A DNA stretch of 64,000 nt from an uncultured Rickettsiales bacterium. GTDB lineage: Bacteria > Pseudomonadota > Alphaproteobacteria > Rickettsiales > CAZAGG01. The notes below the pieces were generated by a model, which had not been told where the DNA came from, did no database searches, and saw nothing but the letters and a program-made list of their open reading frames with translations. The stretch is from assembly GCA_964484565.1 (NCBI GenBank), contig CAZAGG010000001.1, positions 107,548 to 171,547 of the forward strand. Reading direction: 5' to 3'. Below, in pieces: positions 19,616-29,310 of this stretch. How positions within the stretch are numbered: the first letter of the stretch is position 1; every line of letters starts with the position of its first letter. A program made the position numbers and the translations under genes.

Positions 19616-20668
19616 ATGCCACGCAAGTTACAAAGACTAATTCAATTGGTTGAAGAAGATGTGCATAAATTTGCTAAAACCAATGAGGATATTGCAAGTA
19701 AAACCAATCTTCTAGCACTTAATGCAACCATAGAAGCTGCTCGTGCAGGCACAGCGGGAAAGAGCTTTGCAGTCGTTGCTCAAGAAGTTAAAAACCTTGC
19801 AAATCAGGCTAAAAATAATTCTGTAGATTTTCGCAAAATGGTTCTTAGCAGAATAGAATTAGGTCTTAATCTTGCAGGCGAACTGGTTCAATAATTAGAG
19901 GGTACAAGACTAAAAGATACGGCTCTCACAATGGTTCAGCTCATTGTTCGTAACCTTTACGAAAGAACCGCTGATGTTAGATGGTGGGCAACTGATGAAT
20001 CATTTTATAAGGCACTACAAGAACCATCAGAGTCTAATGTTAATCATGCTATAAAAAGACTCGGCGTAATCAACAGGTTTTATACCGTATATTTGAACCT
20101 AGTAATGGCGGATGTAAATGGCAAAGTAGTTGCGGTTTCTAAGCCAGACGAATTTTATAATGCAATAGGCTCAGATGTTTCTCGCGAAAAATGGTTTGTT
20201 GGGGCAATGAACACAAACAGCGGTGATGACTACATTGTAGATGATATTCATGTTGACCCAATCCATAATGGCAAAGCAGTTGCGATATATTCCACAGCCG
20301 TAAGGGAAGGTGGAGAATTAAATGGCAAGATTGTCGGTGTTATGGGTGTATTTTTCGACTGGGGTGAGCAATCTCGTATTATAGTTGAGAATGAGCCAAA
20401 CTTTAGCCCTGAAGAGTGGAAGAGAACTAGAGTTATGCTGCTTGACTCTAAATTTAGAATTATAGCTTCATCAGATGGCAGTGGGTTTCTATCGCAGTAC
20501 GATTTAATGACAGAAGGCAAAAAGCAAGGCTCCTATACTGATGGCAGGGGACAAGTGGTTGGATTTGCCCAAACTATTGGCTACGAACAATATGACGGCC
20601 TTGGATGGTATGGTGTTGTTGTTCAACAACCCTTTACAATAGAAGAAATAGAGCGTGCTCTTCGCTGA
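19616..20668 (+). pseudogene. MCP-signalling-module plus sensor-domain protein interrupted by one in-frame TAA (19892-19894)
   Basis: ORFs 19616..19894 ([32 protein letters not shown], the MCP hairpin core) and 19931..20668 (NLYERTADVRWWATD...) are in the same frame. They are separated only by TAA plus 12 sense codons. Confidence 0.55.
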
Positions 20669-20741
20669 TTTTTGTGGATATGATTTCAATAATAGTTTAT
20701 CTCTGAAGTAGGTTATTATTTTTTAGTGGAGATAGATACAT

Positions 20742-21302
20742 ATGTTCATACAAACAGAAAGCACACCAAACCCTGAAACACTTAAATTCCTTCCAGGAAG
20801 AGATGTCTATTCTCTTGGCACTATTGAATTTAAATCCGAAGAGGGCGCGAAAGATTCTCCACTAGCGGCGTCACTATTTTCTCAAAAAGGCGTAAAGTCC
20901 GTTTTCTTTGGACAAGACTTTATTACCATTACCAAAACCGAAGAAATGAGCTGGGATTTAATGAAACCATCGCTGCTTTCTGTAATTATGGAACATTTCA
21001 GCTCAAATAAACCAGTTATTGCAGATGATTCAAAACTTCAAAGTGATACCACAACAAACTATGAAGGATTAGATGAGATTGAGAAGCAAATTGCAGAATT
21101 GATAGATAATAGGGTTAGACCAGCAGTAGCAATGGATGGCGGCGACATTATATATCGTGGCTTTGAAAATGGCATTGTAAAACTAGAACTTTACGGCTCT
21201 TGCTCAGGATGCCCAAGCTCCACAGCTACACTAAAGTCTGGCATCGAGAACATGCTTAAGCACTACGTTCCTGAAGTTATAGCCGTTGAGGCAATCAATT
21301 AA
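20742..21302 (+). CDS. NifU/Nfu-type Fe-S cluster scaffold protein
   Basis: MFIQTESTPNPETLKFLPG (Nfu N-domain) and C-terminal GSCSGCPSS (the CxxC of the NifU C-domain). Confidence 0.85.
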   Translation: MFIQTESTPNPETLKFLPGRDVYSLGTIEFKSEEGAKDSPLAASLFSQKGVKSVFFGQDFITITKTEEMSWDLMKPSLLSVIMEHFSSNKPVIADDSKLQSDTTTNYEGLDEIEKQIAELIDNRVRPAVAMDGGDIIYRGFENGIVKLELYGSCSGCPSSTATLKSGIENMLKHYVPEVIAVEAIN

Positions 21303-22093
21303 TGTATGATTTAAGTGGAAGAACTGCAATCGTAACAGGCTCAACTAGCGGAATTGGCCTTAGCATTGCAGATTTCCTCGCTAAATGTTCAGCAAATGTC
21401 GTTATCAATGGTTTAGGAGATGAATCCAAAATTAACTCATTAATAGAAGAACTGAAGCTCAAAAACCCCAATTCCAAAGTTATTTATTCGCCCGCACGAG
21501 TAGATGTTTATGATGAATTTGCTCAGATGGTTAAGGCCGCAGAAGATGAATTTGGAACAGTTGATATATTAGTCAATAATGCAGGCATACAGTTCGTTGC
21601 TGAAATTGAAAACTTTCCCATAGATAGATGGCAAGAAGTTATCAACCTAAATTTATCTGCTGCATTTTATGGCATAAAGTGCGTAATTGCAGGAATGAAA
21701 AAACGCAATTGGGGTAGAATCATAAACATCTCTTCCGCGCATGGCCTTGTTTCTTCAGCAAAAAAATCCGCATATGTCAGCGCAAAACACGGAATAATCG
21801 GGCTTACTAAAACGGCTGCACTTGAGGCAGCTAATTATAACATAACCGTCAACGCAATTTGCCCTGGTTGGGTAGATACTCCATTAGTAAGAAAACAAAT
21901 AGAAAGTAATGCAGAAACTCAAGGAATTTCCATCTCCACCGCAGAAGAAGACTTAATAAGAGCTAAACACCCGAACGGCAGATTTGTAAACCCAGCAGAT
22001 ATTGCAGCTATGGTTGCCTTCCTTTCTGGAGAATACTCAGCATCCATCACAGGTGCAGCAATTTCTATAGATGGCGGATGGACTGCCCAATAA
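21302..22093 (+). CDS. bdhA: 3-hydroxybutyrate dehydrogenase (SDR family)
   Basis: TGSTSGIGLSIA cofactor motif, NNAG, the YVSAKHG catalytic motif, and ISIDGGWTAQ at the C-terminus. Confidence 0.75.
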   Translation: MYDLSGRTAIVTGSTSGIGLSIADFLAKCSANVVINGLGDESKINSLIEELKLKNPNSKVIYSPARVDVYDEFAQMVKAAEDEFGTVDILVNNAGIQFVAEIENFPIDRWQEVINLNLSAAFYGIKCVIAGMKKRNWGRIINISSAHGLVSSAKKSAYVSAKHGIIGLTKTAALEAANYNITVNAICPGWVDTPLVRKQIESNAETQGISISTAEEDLIRAKHPNGRFVNPADIAAMVAFLSGEYSASITGAAISIDGGWTAQ

Positions 22094-23156
22094 CTCTCCC
22101 TTTTTTCTCAGAGAGTAATCCAAGCAAGTTTTTTGCTGCATCTAAAGCTCCAGAAATTTCATACTCTCCCTGCCCTTCAATTTCCTTCAAAAGTCTTATT
22201 GTCTGCTCTAGTGGTCTGATATATCTAAGCCAGTTATCTAGAGGCCTATGGCCAAGACTGGTTCCACATTCATCAACATAATCAGCAATAGATTCTGAAT
22301 TTCTGGCTTTATCTGCCATTCTTCTAAGAGCAGAAATTGTTGATGTGACATGGTTGTTATTAATTCCAGAGTTATTAGCTACCTCAAACTTAGAAGACAT
22401 AGATATTGCTGTTTCTGAAACATGTGCTCCGCAGTTATCTGCTATCGCTTTTTCAGTCTCATGCTTTTGCTTTTTTGTTTTCTTATCATCAACAAAGCAA
22501 CGCTCTAGAACGGCAGCTAGGGAAAAAATCGCACCTGATAAATTTGCCTTAAAGGCTTTTGTGTCTTGCTGCCAATTAATAGCATTGTCTATTTGATTCT
22601 CTTCAAAATATTCGCTTATCGAAGTTGTGGGACTAACCCTTAATGGATCGTGTTCACTAGATGCCTTGCCGTATATATCTGATAAATATAGAGTTGTTTT
22701 GACTAAACCTTCATACATTCTAAGCGCACCCTCACAGCGCACAATTAACTCATTCAAAACATCATCTGAAAGCAGATGATAAGATTCTGCATATCCTACC
22801 ACAGCATCTTCTAAACCATGTTGATTATCCTTAATCAGTGCGCTGTTTTTTCGCCTTTCAACTGTTGCTTCATCATACTCATCAACAGATTTAGGGTTAA
22901 TCTGTCTAACTGCCTTCACAATGGGAGTAATCATTTCAGTGTCATGAACCTTAAGCCATAAAATTCTTGCACTCCGCTTAGCATACGTAAGAAAAGTATC
23001 ATTCTCAGGAAATATTTTGGAAGCCTGATATTCCCAAAATAAAATTACACCAGAAGCAACCCTCTGAAGCTGCATATATTTCTGAAATGGTGTTTGCAAT
23101 TTATTATTATCATTAGTCATGCCATACTTGATAATGCGAGTCATTATCATTTGCAA
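22065..23156 (-). CDS. Hypothetical protein (363 aa), no recognised family
   Basis: Long ORF in AT-rich DNA with no TM helix or signal peptide. The 3' end overlaps the bdhA 3' end by 29 bp. Confidence 0.5.
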   Translation of the reverse strand: MQMIMTRIIKYGMTNDNNKLQTPFQKYMQLQRVASGVILFWEYQASKIFPENDTFLTYAKRSARILWLKVHDTEMITPIVKAVRQINPKSVDEYDEATVERRKNSALIKDNQHGLEDAVVGYAESYHLLSDDVLNELIVRCEGALRMYEGLVKTTLYLSDIYGKASSEHDPLRVSPTTSISEYFEENQIDNAINWQQDTKAFKANLSGAIFSLAAVLERCFVDDKKTKKQKHETEKAIADNCGAHVSETAISMSSKFEVANNSGINNNHVTSTISALRRMADKARNSESIADYVDECGTSLGHRPLDNWLRYIRPLEQTIRLLKEIEGQGEYEISGALDAAKNLLGLLSEKKGRVIGQSIRHL

Positions 23157-23170
23157 GTATAATTTAAGAT

Positions 23171-23196
23171 AAAAAAAAGCTGGTATTTCTACCAGC
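23171..23196 (-). terminator. Rho-independent terminator of the fliK-flgD-flgE operon
   Basis: On the minus strand: GCTGGTA-GAAA-TACCAGC followed by TTTTTTTT, about 100 bp downstream of the flgE stop. Confidence 0.65.
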
Positions 23197-23252
23197 CAGA
23201 ATTGGGGTTGGGTAATAGCCGTAAGCGGTTGCGTGTAAGAGAAAACTGCTAG

Positions 23253-23282
23253 GCACTGTTAGCTAATTATTTGAGATGCGCT
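23253..23282. repeat. Half-copy of the 3031-3075 palindrome family (GCACTGTTAGCTAATTATTTGAGA + TGCGCT)
   Basis: 24/24 identity to the left arm plus loop of the palindrome at 3031-3054. The TGCGCT tail is shared with the copy at 61681-61702. Confidence 0.75.
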
Positions 23283-23296
23283 ATAATATGAAGTCA

Positions 23297-25504
23297 CTAC
23301 AATCTAGTTAGCTCTTCTAGAAGTTCATCACTGGTACTAATAACCTTAGAGCTTGCCTGATAAGCACGTTGTGCAACTATCATATCGGTTAGCTCTTCCG
23401 CCAGTTCAACGTTAGAAGATTCAAGCGCACCAGCTTGGAAGGTTCCAACTCCGTTTTCACCAGCTTGTCTTAAGTTCACGATACCCGATTCATTACTTGC
23501 AAGATATGAGTTACCAGTAAGCGGTGTAAGCCCATTCACGTTTGAGAAGTCAGCTATAGGAATTTGATAGAGTGATTGCGCCTCACCATTACTATAGTTT
23601 GCAATTACGAAACCCTCTTTACTGATCGTAACACCCAACAAGGTTCCCACCGCTGCACCGTTTTGATTTACGAAAGCAACGTTATAATTAGCATCAAATT
23701 GGCTTAAACCATCTGTTAGACCAATTGAGGTTGCACCCGCTGTACCGAATGGCTGCCCCGCTGTACCAAAATCGAAGGTAATTTCACTTGCCACCGCACC
23801 ATTTGTCCATGCGATAGTAACTGGATTAGTAAGACCAGAGCTTACATTTCTAAGACTTCCATCACCATTGAAAACTACGGAACCAAAAGCCACCTGATTA
23901 TCTGGAAGGCTGCTGCTAACTTCACTAGCATTTTTCGCATATATCTCGACCTGCCATGTATTGATTCCTGTTTTTAGGAATGACATTTCAAAGTCATGCC
24001 CTGTACCAAATGAATCGTAAACCCTAATGGCACGGCTAAAGTGTGGAGTAATAAGGCCAGATGCCATGTTATCGCCAGTTCCTGCTGGATTTGCAGGGTC
24101 ATATTCAGGGCCGAATGTCCTTTGTGGATTTTCAGGAGCAGCAGTTGAAGAACCTGCCGTAAAGGTATCAACAAGCCCCATTTGTACTAACATTCTGTAG
24201 TCTGCGCCAGCACCAGCACCATAACTATCATCAAATGTAATAGTACCTAAGGGATTATCGGTTCTAATCGTAAGTCTAGTCGCCGAAAGTGGGCTTTCTA
24301 CAACTGCATCGAGGCCTTCGGAATCGTTAACTTTATTTGCCAAATCCTGCATTGTTGCAAATCTCTGAACACCAGCACCCGCAGTTGTTGTATCTGCAAA
24401 ACCAAGACTGTTTGCACCAGTTATTATGTTAACTGTACCCACGTTAGCAAATGTCATTGCCTCATTTGCATCATCTGGAGCTATGTATAGCTGCCCGCCG
24501 ACTATTCTTGCAGATAAGCCATTAACTTCGTCAATAGCTGTAGCAAGTGTTCTCAAACTATTAAATTCTTGTAAAAATGGATTTGGTGCAGTTTGTTTAT
24601 ATGTAAACGTTACAGTTCCTATGGTAGGTGTTGAAATCGTAATCTCAGCATCATCACCAGTTGGAGCGGTTGTTGAAGTAAAGAATGACTGAGTATCCGC
24701 CGTTATAGTATTAGCCGCAACACCACCAAAAGTAGCTATAGGAAGCGCTGTACTGGTTGAAAAACCACCATAAGTGAAATCATATGTTAAGCCATCACTG
24801 GTTGAAACGGTTAAGACGTCACCGTCAGCTATAGTACCCTCAGTTCCATCTGTACCTGCAAATGGAACGATTACATCGTCCACTGCAATATCAGTATTCA
24901 CAGAAGCTGATCTAAAATTAACCTCCCTGCCCGATCCAGGATATACAGTTTGGCTTGCATCAAGGTTAGCACCTATTTTTGCAGTAGTTGTAGCCGCTGC
25001 AACGCCGCTTGAACTTTCAACGTTTACGGTTTGTAAGCTGTCTAAGTTTGAGAATGCTTTAGTATTTAGGTTTCCTGCTTGTCCGGGGAGTCTTCCTTCC
25101 CTATCTAGTGGCCATCCTTGCAAGAACAAGCCAGCAGTATTAACGAAATTACCTTCTGCATCCTGCCTAAATGAACCAGCCCTAGTGTATTGAACAGTTC
25201 CATCACCACCAACTTTATCATTTACAACTATCATACCGCTGCCAGAAATTGCGACATCAGTTGGTGCATCGGTTGCTTGAAATAATCCCTGTTTATCAAC
25301 TAATTGTCTGTTGTTAGCCACCACACCGCCTGGATTGTATGCGATTGTTGATGCTGAGTTATTCACCAGAGTCTCAAACACCGCAGAACCCTGCTTATAA
25401 CCAACAGTGTTAAGGTTTGATATGTTATCTGAGATAATACCAATTGCGGAGCCTTGAGCCTTTAACCCAGAAACTCCTGAAAATAGTGCACCATATAAAC
25501 TCAT
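23297..25504 (-). CDS. flgE: Flagellar hook protein FlgE (long form, 735 aa)
   Basis: N-terminal MSLYGALFSGVSGLKAQGSAIGIISDNISNLNTVGYK and C-terminal LESSNVELAEELTDMIVAQRAYQASSKVI are the conserved flagellar rod/hook termini. Confidence 0.9.
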   Translation of the reverse strand: MSLYGALFSGVSGLKAQGSAIGIISDNISNLNTVGYKQGSAVFETLVNNSASTIAYNPGGVVANNRQLVDKQGLFQATDAPTDVAISGSGMIVVNDKVGGDGTVQYTRAGSFRQDAEGNFVNTAGLFLQGWPLDREGRLPGQAGNLNTKAFSNLDSLQTVNVESSSGVAAATTTAKIGANLDASQTVYPGSGREVNFRSASVNTDIAVDDVIVPFAGTDGTEGTIADGDVLTVSTSDGLTYDFTYGGFSTSTALPIATFGGVAANTITADTQSFFTSTTAPTGDDAEITISTPTIGTVTFTYKQTAPNPFLQEFNSLRTLATAIDEVNGLSARIVGGQLYIAPDDANEAMTFANVGTVNIITGANSLGFADTTTAGAGVQRFATMQDLANKVNDSEGLDAVVESPLSATRLTIRTDNPLGTITFDDSYGAGAGADYRMLVQMGLVDTFTAGSSTAAPENPQRTFGPEYDPANPAGTGDNMASGLITPHFSRAIRVYDSFGTGHDFEMSFLKTGINTWQVEIYAKNASEVSSSLPDNQVAFGSVVFNGDGSLRNVSSGLTNPVTIAWTNGAVASEITFDFGTAGQPFGTAGATSIGLTDGLSQFDANYNVAFVNQNGAAVGTLLGVTISKEGFVIANYSNGEAQSLYQIPIADFSNVNGLTPLTGNSYLASNESGIVNLRQAGENGVGTFQAGALESSNVELAEELTDMIVAQRAYQASSKVISTSDELLEELTRL

Positions 25505-25528
25505 CTTAAACCTCCTGTAGCCTTTCTA

Positions 25529-26248
25529 TTAAATAGCTTGATTTTCTGAAATTTTTACAATCTTACTAACTGGAATTTGACTTCCACCTACCGTTAGCAT
25601 TACTTCTCCTGAACTAAAATCTGCTCCTGAAATTCTTCCTGCCGTGTAAATCTTTGAATTAATTTGCTTACCATTCGTATCCGTTGCAGTTATTGAAACA
25701 TTGTATGTTCCATCTTTTGCTGTTCCACCTGCATTTGTTCTGCCATCCCATGTGAGTTTTTGGAGGCCACCCTTTGGAGCATTAATAACTTCACTGTAAA
25801 TTACATTTCCACTATCACTTGTTATTACAACTGAAGCCTTGCTTGCCTCACCAGAAATTTCGTAGGAGAAATCAGCTTTCTTGTTTGCCAGCGTCACTTG
25901 GCTATCTTCAACCTGAGCATATTTTCCAATATACGCAACGGCAGTTGAGCTTTGCGTTCCTTTTGAAAGACCTATTAATTCTTCCAAGAAATCATTTGAT
26001 TTGATTTGCTGTTCAACGCCCGTGAATGCGACAAGCTGATTGGTAAACTCGTTTGTTTCCATCGGAGAAGTTGGATCTTGGTTTTTTAGCTGTGTTGTTA
26101 ACAAAGTAAGGAACGTATCAAAGTTATCTGCAAGTCCTTCAAGGCCACCTTTTGCAGTCTTTACACTAGCCGAACTCTTAGCCTGATTGGTAAAGCTAGT
26201 TACATTCGAATTATTTATATCAGATGTTGTGGTTACCATTGTTTTCAA
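25529..26248 (-). CDS. flgD: Flagellar hook assembly/capping protein FlgD
   Basis: FLTLLTTQLKNQDPTSPMETNEFTNQLVAFTGVEQ is the FlgD N-domain signature. A FlgD Ig-like C-domain follows. Confidence 0.85.
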   Translation of the reverse strand: MKTMVTTTSDINNSNVTSFTNQAKSSASVKTAKGGLEGLADNFDTFLTLLTTQLKNQDPTSPMETNEFTNQLVAFTGVEQQIKSNDFLEELIGLSKGTQSSTAVAYIGKYAQVEDSQVTLANKKADFSYEISGEASKASVVITSDSGNVIYSEVINAPKGGLQKLTWDGRTNAGGTAKDGTYNVSITATDTNGKQINSKIYTAGRISGADFSSGEVMLTVGGSQIPVSKIVKISENQAI

Positions 26249-26255
26249 TCCTTAC

Positions 26256-27944
26256 TTAAATAACTAAGTCGAGAGCTTTATTTGATATATAATATGCATT
26301 TTTCGTGCCATTTTTGGCGGAATCAGACATATTTTCTTCATCTATCTCACCATAATTTGCAAATTTATAGTTTTCCGAATTTTCAGCCCACTGTTGGTTT
26401 GCATTGTCACCCCGCAGATTAAAACTTAGGCTTCCCATATCTGTTTTTATTCCTGCATCCATCAAACTTCTCTCTAAGTCTTTTGATGTTCGTTGCAGCA
26501 TATCCAGAGTCGCCCTATTATCCGCAGTAACTGTCAATTGTGCTTTGCCGTCACCATTAAGATTTATGCTAACATCAATTCTGCCAAGTTCTGCTGGCTG
26601 AAGCTGTATGCTTATCTTATCTTGCCCACCCTCAATAGCATTTTGTATTTTAACGGTTATTTGTTCATTCGGCGGCATGTGTGATGCGTACGGATTGGCC
26701 TTTACATGACCATCTAAATGCTTGATTTGCTGAGCAATTTTTGCTTCATCAGTTTTACTGATATTTGCCAGATTATTAGTTGCGCTATCCGCATCACTTT
26801 TTGCTAGCGATAAATCTGCTGCATCTCCATCAATAGTAGCATTCTCAGGATCAAATACTAATCCATTAGGAGAAGCACTAGTGTTTTGCAGTTCAAAGCC
26901 TTTCTCTAAATTCTCAATCGGCTTATCTGAAACTTCACCTTCTGCCAATTTAAAGAAATCTGATGATTTTTGATTTTCAGTAACCTGAGTAATCCTAAAT
27001 TCCTTAAGTTTATTAACTATTTGCTGATTTACGTCAGCAATCTTATCATCTGCAAGCCCTGCCTTTTTGAGAGCTTCCGATATTTGATTCATTATCTCAG
27101 GTTTGAAGAAATCTTCTGGCGAATCAATTACTGAAACGTCTATGCCTGCATCAATAAGTGCTTGCTCAAGATTTCTATCATTATCAACTGCAATTGATGT
27201 GAAAATGTTATTCACCACAACTGCATCGTTTTGTATCTGGAAGTTTGCAGATTGCTTGGATTCATTGAGCATCTGATTCTGCGAGGCATTTGCTGAAACA
27301 AGTTTTGCCATAGCGTTCTCTGCATTCGTCGCAAGTGCGGCCGCATTATCTGGCGATATTTCATTTACATTAATATTTTCTGCAATATTCAACCCATCAG
27401 ATAAACTTTCACTAGGGATAACTTCCACCACTTGTGAGACTTGAGCTACTCCAACTGCGTTGTCAGATAATTCTTGTGATAACGCTACTGCGTCTAATGC
27501 TAAATCATCTATGACTTCAATATTCTTTAACTGAGAATTATTCTTTGCCGCCGATATATTTATAATTGGTGCATTAACAGGATTTTGTTCTGCAAGAATA
27601 TTTTGTAAAGTTGCATTTTGTTGGTTTCTGATTTGTTGGTTAAAACTTCCAACTCCTTCTCCTGTTTCAGATGGAACAATATCTAATAGGTTGTTCAAAA
27701 CCGCCATCAATGGATTAGATGGAATGCCCTCTGATAAATCTTGTTTAGCAGTCTCTGGGCTTATCTGTTTAGCCACTGCTGCGATGGGGTTTTTGATTGC
27801 TGCAATTGCCTCGTCATATATCTGCGAGAAAACACCATCTTCATTTCCTTGTTGAGATGATGAGCTTTTATCGTTGTTTTGCGATAGCACAGACACCTTA
27901 TTAGATACTATGCTCAACATATTAAGAGGTTTTTGCTCGGCCAT
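26256..27944 (-). CDS. fliK: Flagellar hook-length control protein FliK
   Basis: C-terminal ISIQLQPAELGRIDVSINLNGDGKAQLTVTADNRATLDMLQ matches the FliK C-domain. I chose the ATG at 27944 because the track's TTG at 27992 is part of the sigma-54 -12 element. Confidence 0.75.
   Translation of the reverse strand: MAEQKPLNMLSIVSNKVSVLSQNNDKSSSSQQGNEDGVFSQIYDEAIAAIKNPIAAVAKQISPETAKQDLSEGIPSNPLMAVLNNLLDIVPSETGEGVGSFNQQIRNQQNATLQNILAEQNPVNAPIINISAAKNNSQLKNIEVIDDLALDAVALSQELSDNAVGVAQVSQVVEVIPSESLSDGLNIAENINVNEISPDNAAALATNAENAMAKLVSANASQNQMLNESKQSANFQIQNDAVVVNNIFTSIAVDNDRNLEQALIDAGIDVSVIDSPEDFFKPEIMNQISEALKKAGLADDKIADVNQQIVNKLKEFRITQVTENQKSSDFFKLAEGEVSDKPIENLEKGFELQNTSASPNGLVFDPENATIDGDAADLSLAKSDADSATNNLANISKTDEAKIAQQIKHLDGHVKANPYASHMPPNEQITVKIQNAIEGGQDKISIQLQPAELGRIDVSINLNGDGKAQLTVTADNRATLDMLQRTSKDLERSLMDAGIKTDMGSLSFNLRGDNANQQWAENSENYKFANYGEIDEENMSDSAKNGTKNAYYISNKALDLVI
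26294..26310 (-). promoter_or_regulatory. Sigma-54 (-24/-12) promoter candidate upstream of flgD, inside the fliK 3' end
   Basis: The minus strand reads TGGCACGAAAAATGCAT. That is one mismatch to TGGCACG-N4-TTGCW with correct GG/GC spacing. The GC lies about 48 nt upstream of the flgD ATG (26248). Confidence 0.5.
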
Positions 27945-27987
27945 TTTTTTGCCCCAATTTGCAAGTTTTCTATTCTCACAAATTATA

Positions 27988-28003
27988 AGCAACTATCGTG
28001 CCA
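27988..28003 (-). promoter_or_regulatory. Sigma-54 (-24/-12) promoter of the fliK-flgD-flgE operon
   Basis: The minus strand reads TGGCACGATAGTTGCT, a perfect match to TGGCACG-N4-TTGCW. The GC lies about 45 nt upstream of the fliK ATG at 27944. Confidence 0.7.
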
Positions 28004-28123
28004 ATTATTGAAATTTGAATCTAAAATAATACAAAATCATGATGCGGATGATAAAAAACGTTCCTCCATAAAGAGGGAGCGAATAATGTCTAACTTCCTA
28101 TCCCAAGCTGAATTTATATTTAT

Positions 28124-28723
28124 CTAAGCGGCCTTCTCGTCACCAGGCAGGGAATATTTCGTTCCTTCCCAAGGGCTTAGGAAATCAAAATCTCTATATT
28201 CCTGTGGAAGTTTAACGGCTTCATTAACCACCCTTTTGAGTTCTTCGTCATAACGCATTTCAACAAAACCAGTAAGAGGAAAATCTTTTCTTAAAGGATG
28301 CCCCTCAAAGCCATAATCAGTTAAAATTCTTCTCAAATCACTGCTATATGCAAATCTGATTCCATAAAGATCCCAAGCCTCACGCTCAAACCAATTTGCG
28401 GTTGGAAATACCTCTTCACAACTTAGAACTGCATTTTCTTCATCGGTAAAGGTTTTAACCCTAACCCTAAGATTATGCTTCACGCTGAGTAGGTTATAAA
28501 CCACCTCGAATCTTTCAATTTTAGCAGGATAGTCAACACCGCACAAATCAACCAATATTTTAAACAGACACTTCTCATCATCTCTCAAGAAAGTCAGAAC
28601 ATCTAGAATCTTTGCTCTTTCAACACTTACAACCACTTCTCCATTAATTATATCAGAGGAAATTATTTTAGATTTCAACTTGGTTGCTATATAGCTTTGT
28701 AACTTATCTTCAGCTTTTGCCAT
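28124..28723 (-). CDS. nuoC: NADH-quinone oxidoreductase subunit C
   Basis: [16 protein letters not shown] and [12 protein letters not shown] motifs. Confidence 0.92.
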   Translation of the reverse strand: MAKAEDKLQSYIATKLKSKIISSDIINGEVVVSVERAKILDVLTFLRDDEKCLFKILVDLCGVDYPAKIERFEVVYNLLSVKHNLRVRVKTFTDEENAVLSCEEVFPTANWFEREAWDLYGIRFAYSSDLRRILTDYGFEGHPLRKDFPLTGFVEMRYDEELKRVVNEAVKLPQEYRDFDFLSPWEGTKYSLPGDEKAA

Positions 28724-28728
28724 TTTAA

Positions 28729-29310
28729 TTACCTATCAATTTTGCCTTTTCTCTGAATCTTCTTTTGCAACAGCAACAGCCCATAAACCAATGCCTCAGC
28801 GGTTGGAGGGCAACCAGGAACATAAACATCCACAGGAACTATCTTATCACATCCCCTAACAACTGAGTAAGAATAATGGTAATAGCCGCCACCATTTGCA
28901 CAACTGCCCATAGATATAACATATTTAGGATCAGACATCTGATCATAAACCTTTCTAAGTGGAGCCGCCATTTTATTGCACAGAGTTCCAGCAACAATCA
29001 TAACATCTGACTGACGGGGCGAAGGCCTGAAAACCGTTCCGAATCTATCCATATCATATCTGGAAGCCGCCGCATGCATCATCTCAACCGCGCAACACGC
29101 AAGGCCAAAAGTCATCGGCCATAAAGAGCCTGAACGCGCCCAGTTTACGAGCTGCTCTAACTTCGCCACAACAAAACCCTGATCATTGAATTCTTCTTTG
29201 AATTGGTCAAAGAAGGAATCCTGATTGCGATTAACCATTACAGGAGCATTTGAACCAAATATATCAGTTGTTTGATAGCTTACTCCCATTCTAAAGCCCC
29301 CTTCTTCCAC
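28729..29310 (-). CDS. nuoB: NADH-quinone oxidoreductase subunit B
   Basis: [31 protein letters not shown] and VPGCPP (N2 cluster ligands). The start is uncertain: 29310 or the ATG at 29289. Both overlap nuoA. Confidence 0.92.
   Translation of the reverse strand: MEEGGFRMGVSYQTTDIFGSNAPVMVNRNQDSFFDQFKEEFNDQGFVVAKLEQLVNWARSGSLWPMTFGLACCAVEMMHAAASRYDMDRFGTVFRPSPRQSDVMIVAGTLCNKMAAPLRKVYDQMSDPKYVISMGSCANGGGYYHYSYSVVRGCDKIVPVDVYVPGCPPTAEALVYGLLLLQKKIQRKGKIDR

Noticed and set aside
23251-23264. The GGCACTGTTAGC part of the dispersed repeat looked like a sigma-54 -24/-12 element.
   Set aside because: The GG-to-GC spacing is two nucleotides shorter than in TGGCAC-N5-TTGC, so it does not fit the sigma-54 geometry.
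23974-25193. ORFs of 66, 88 and 139 aa within or antisense to flgE.
   Set aside because: flgE reads through uninterrupted with its conserved termini. The shadow ORFs have no start context or motifs.
27945-27992. Extended fliK N-terminus starting at TTG 27992 (MLIICENRKLANWGKK...).
   Set aside because: That TTG is the -12 TTGC element of a perfect sigma-54 promoter. The ATG at 27944 lies at a sensible distance downstream.
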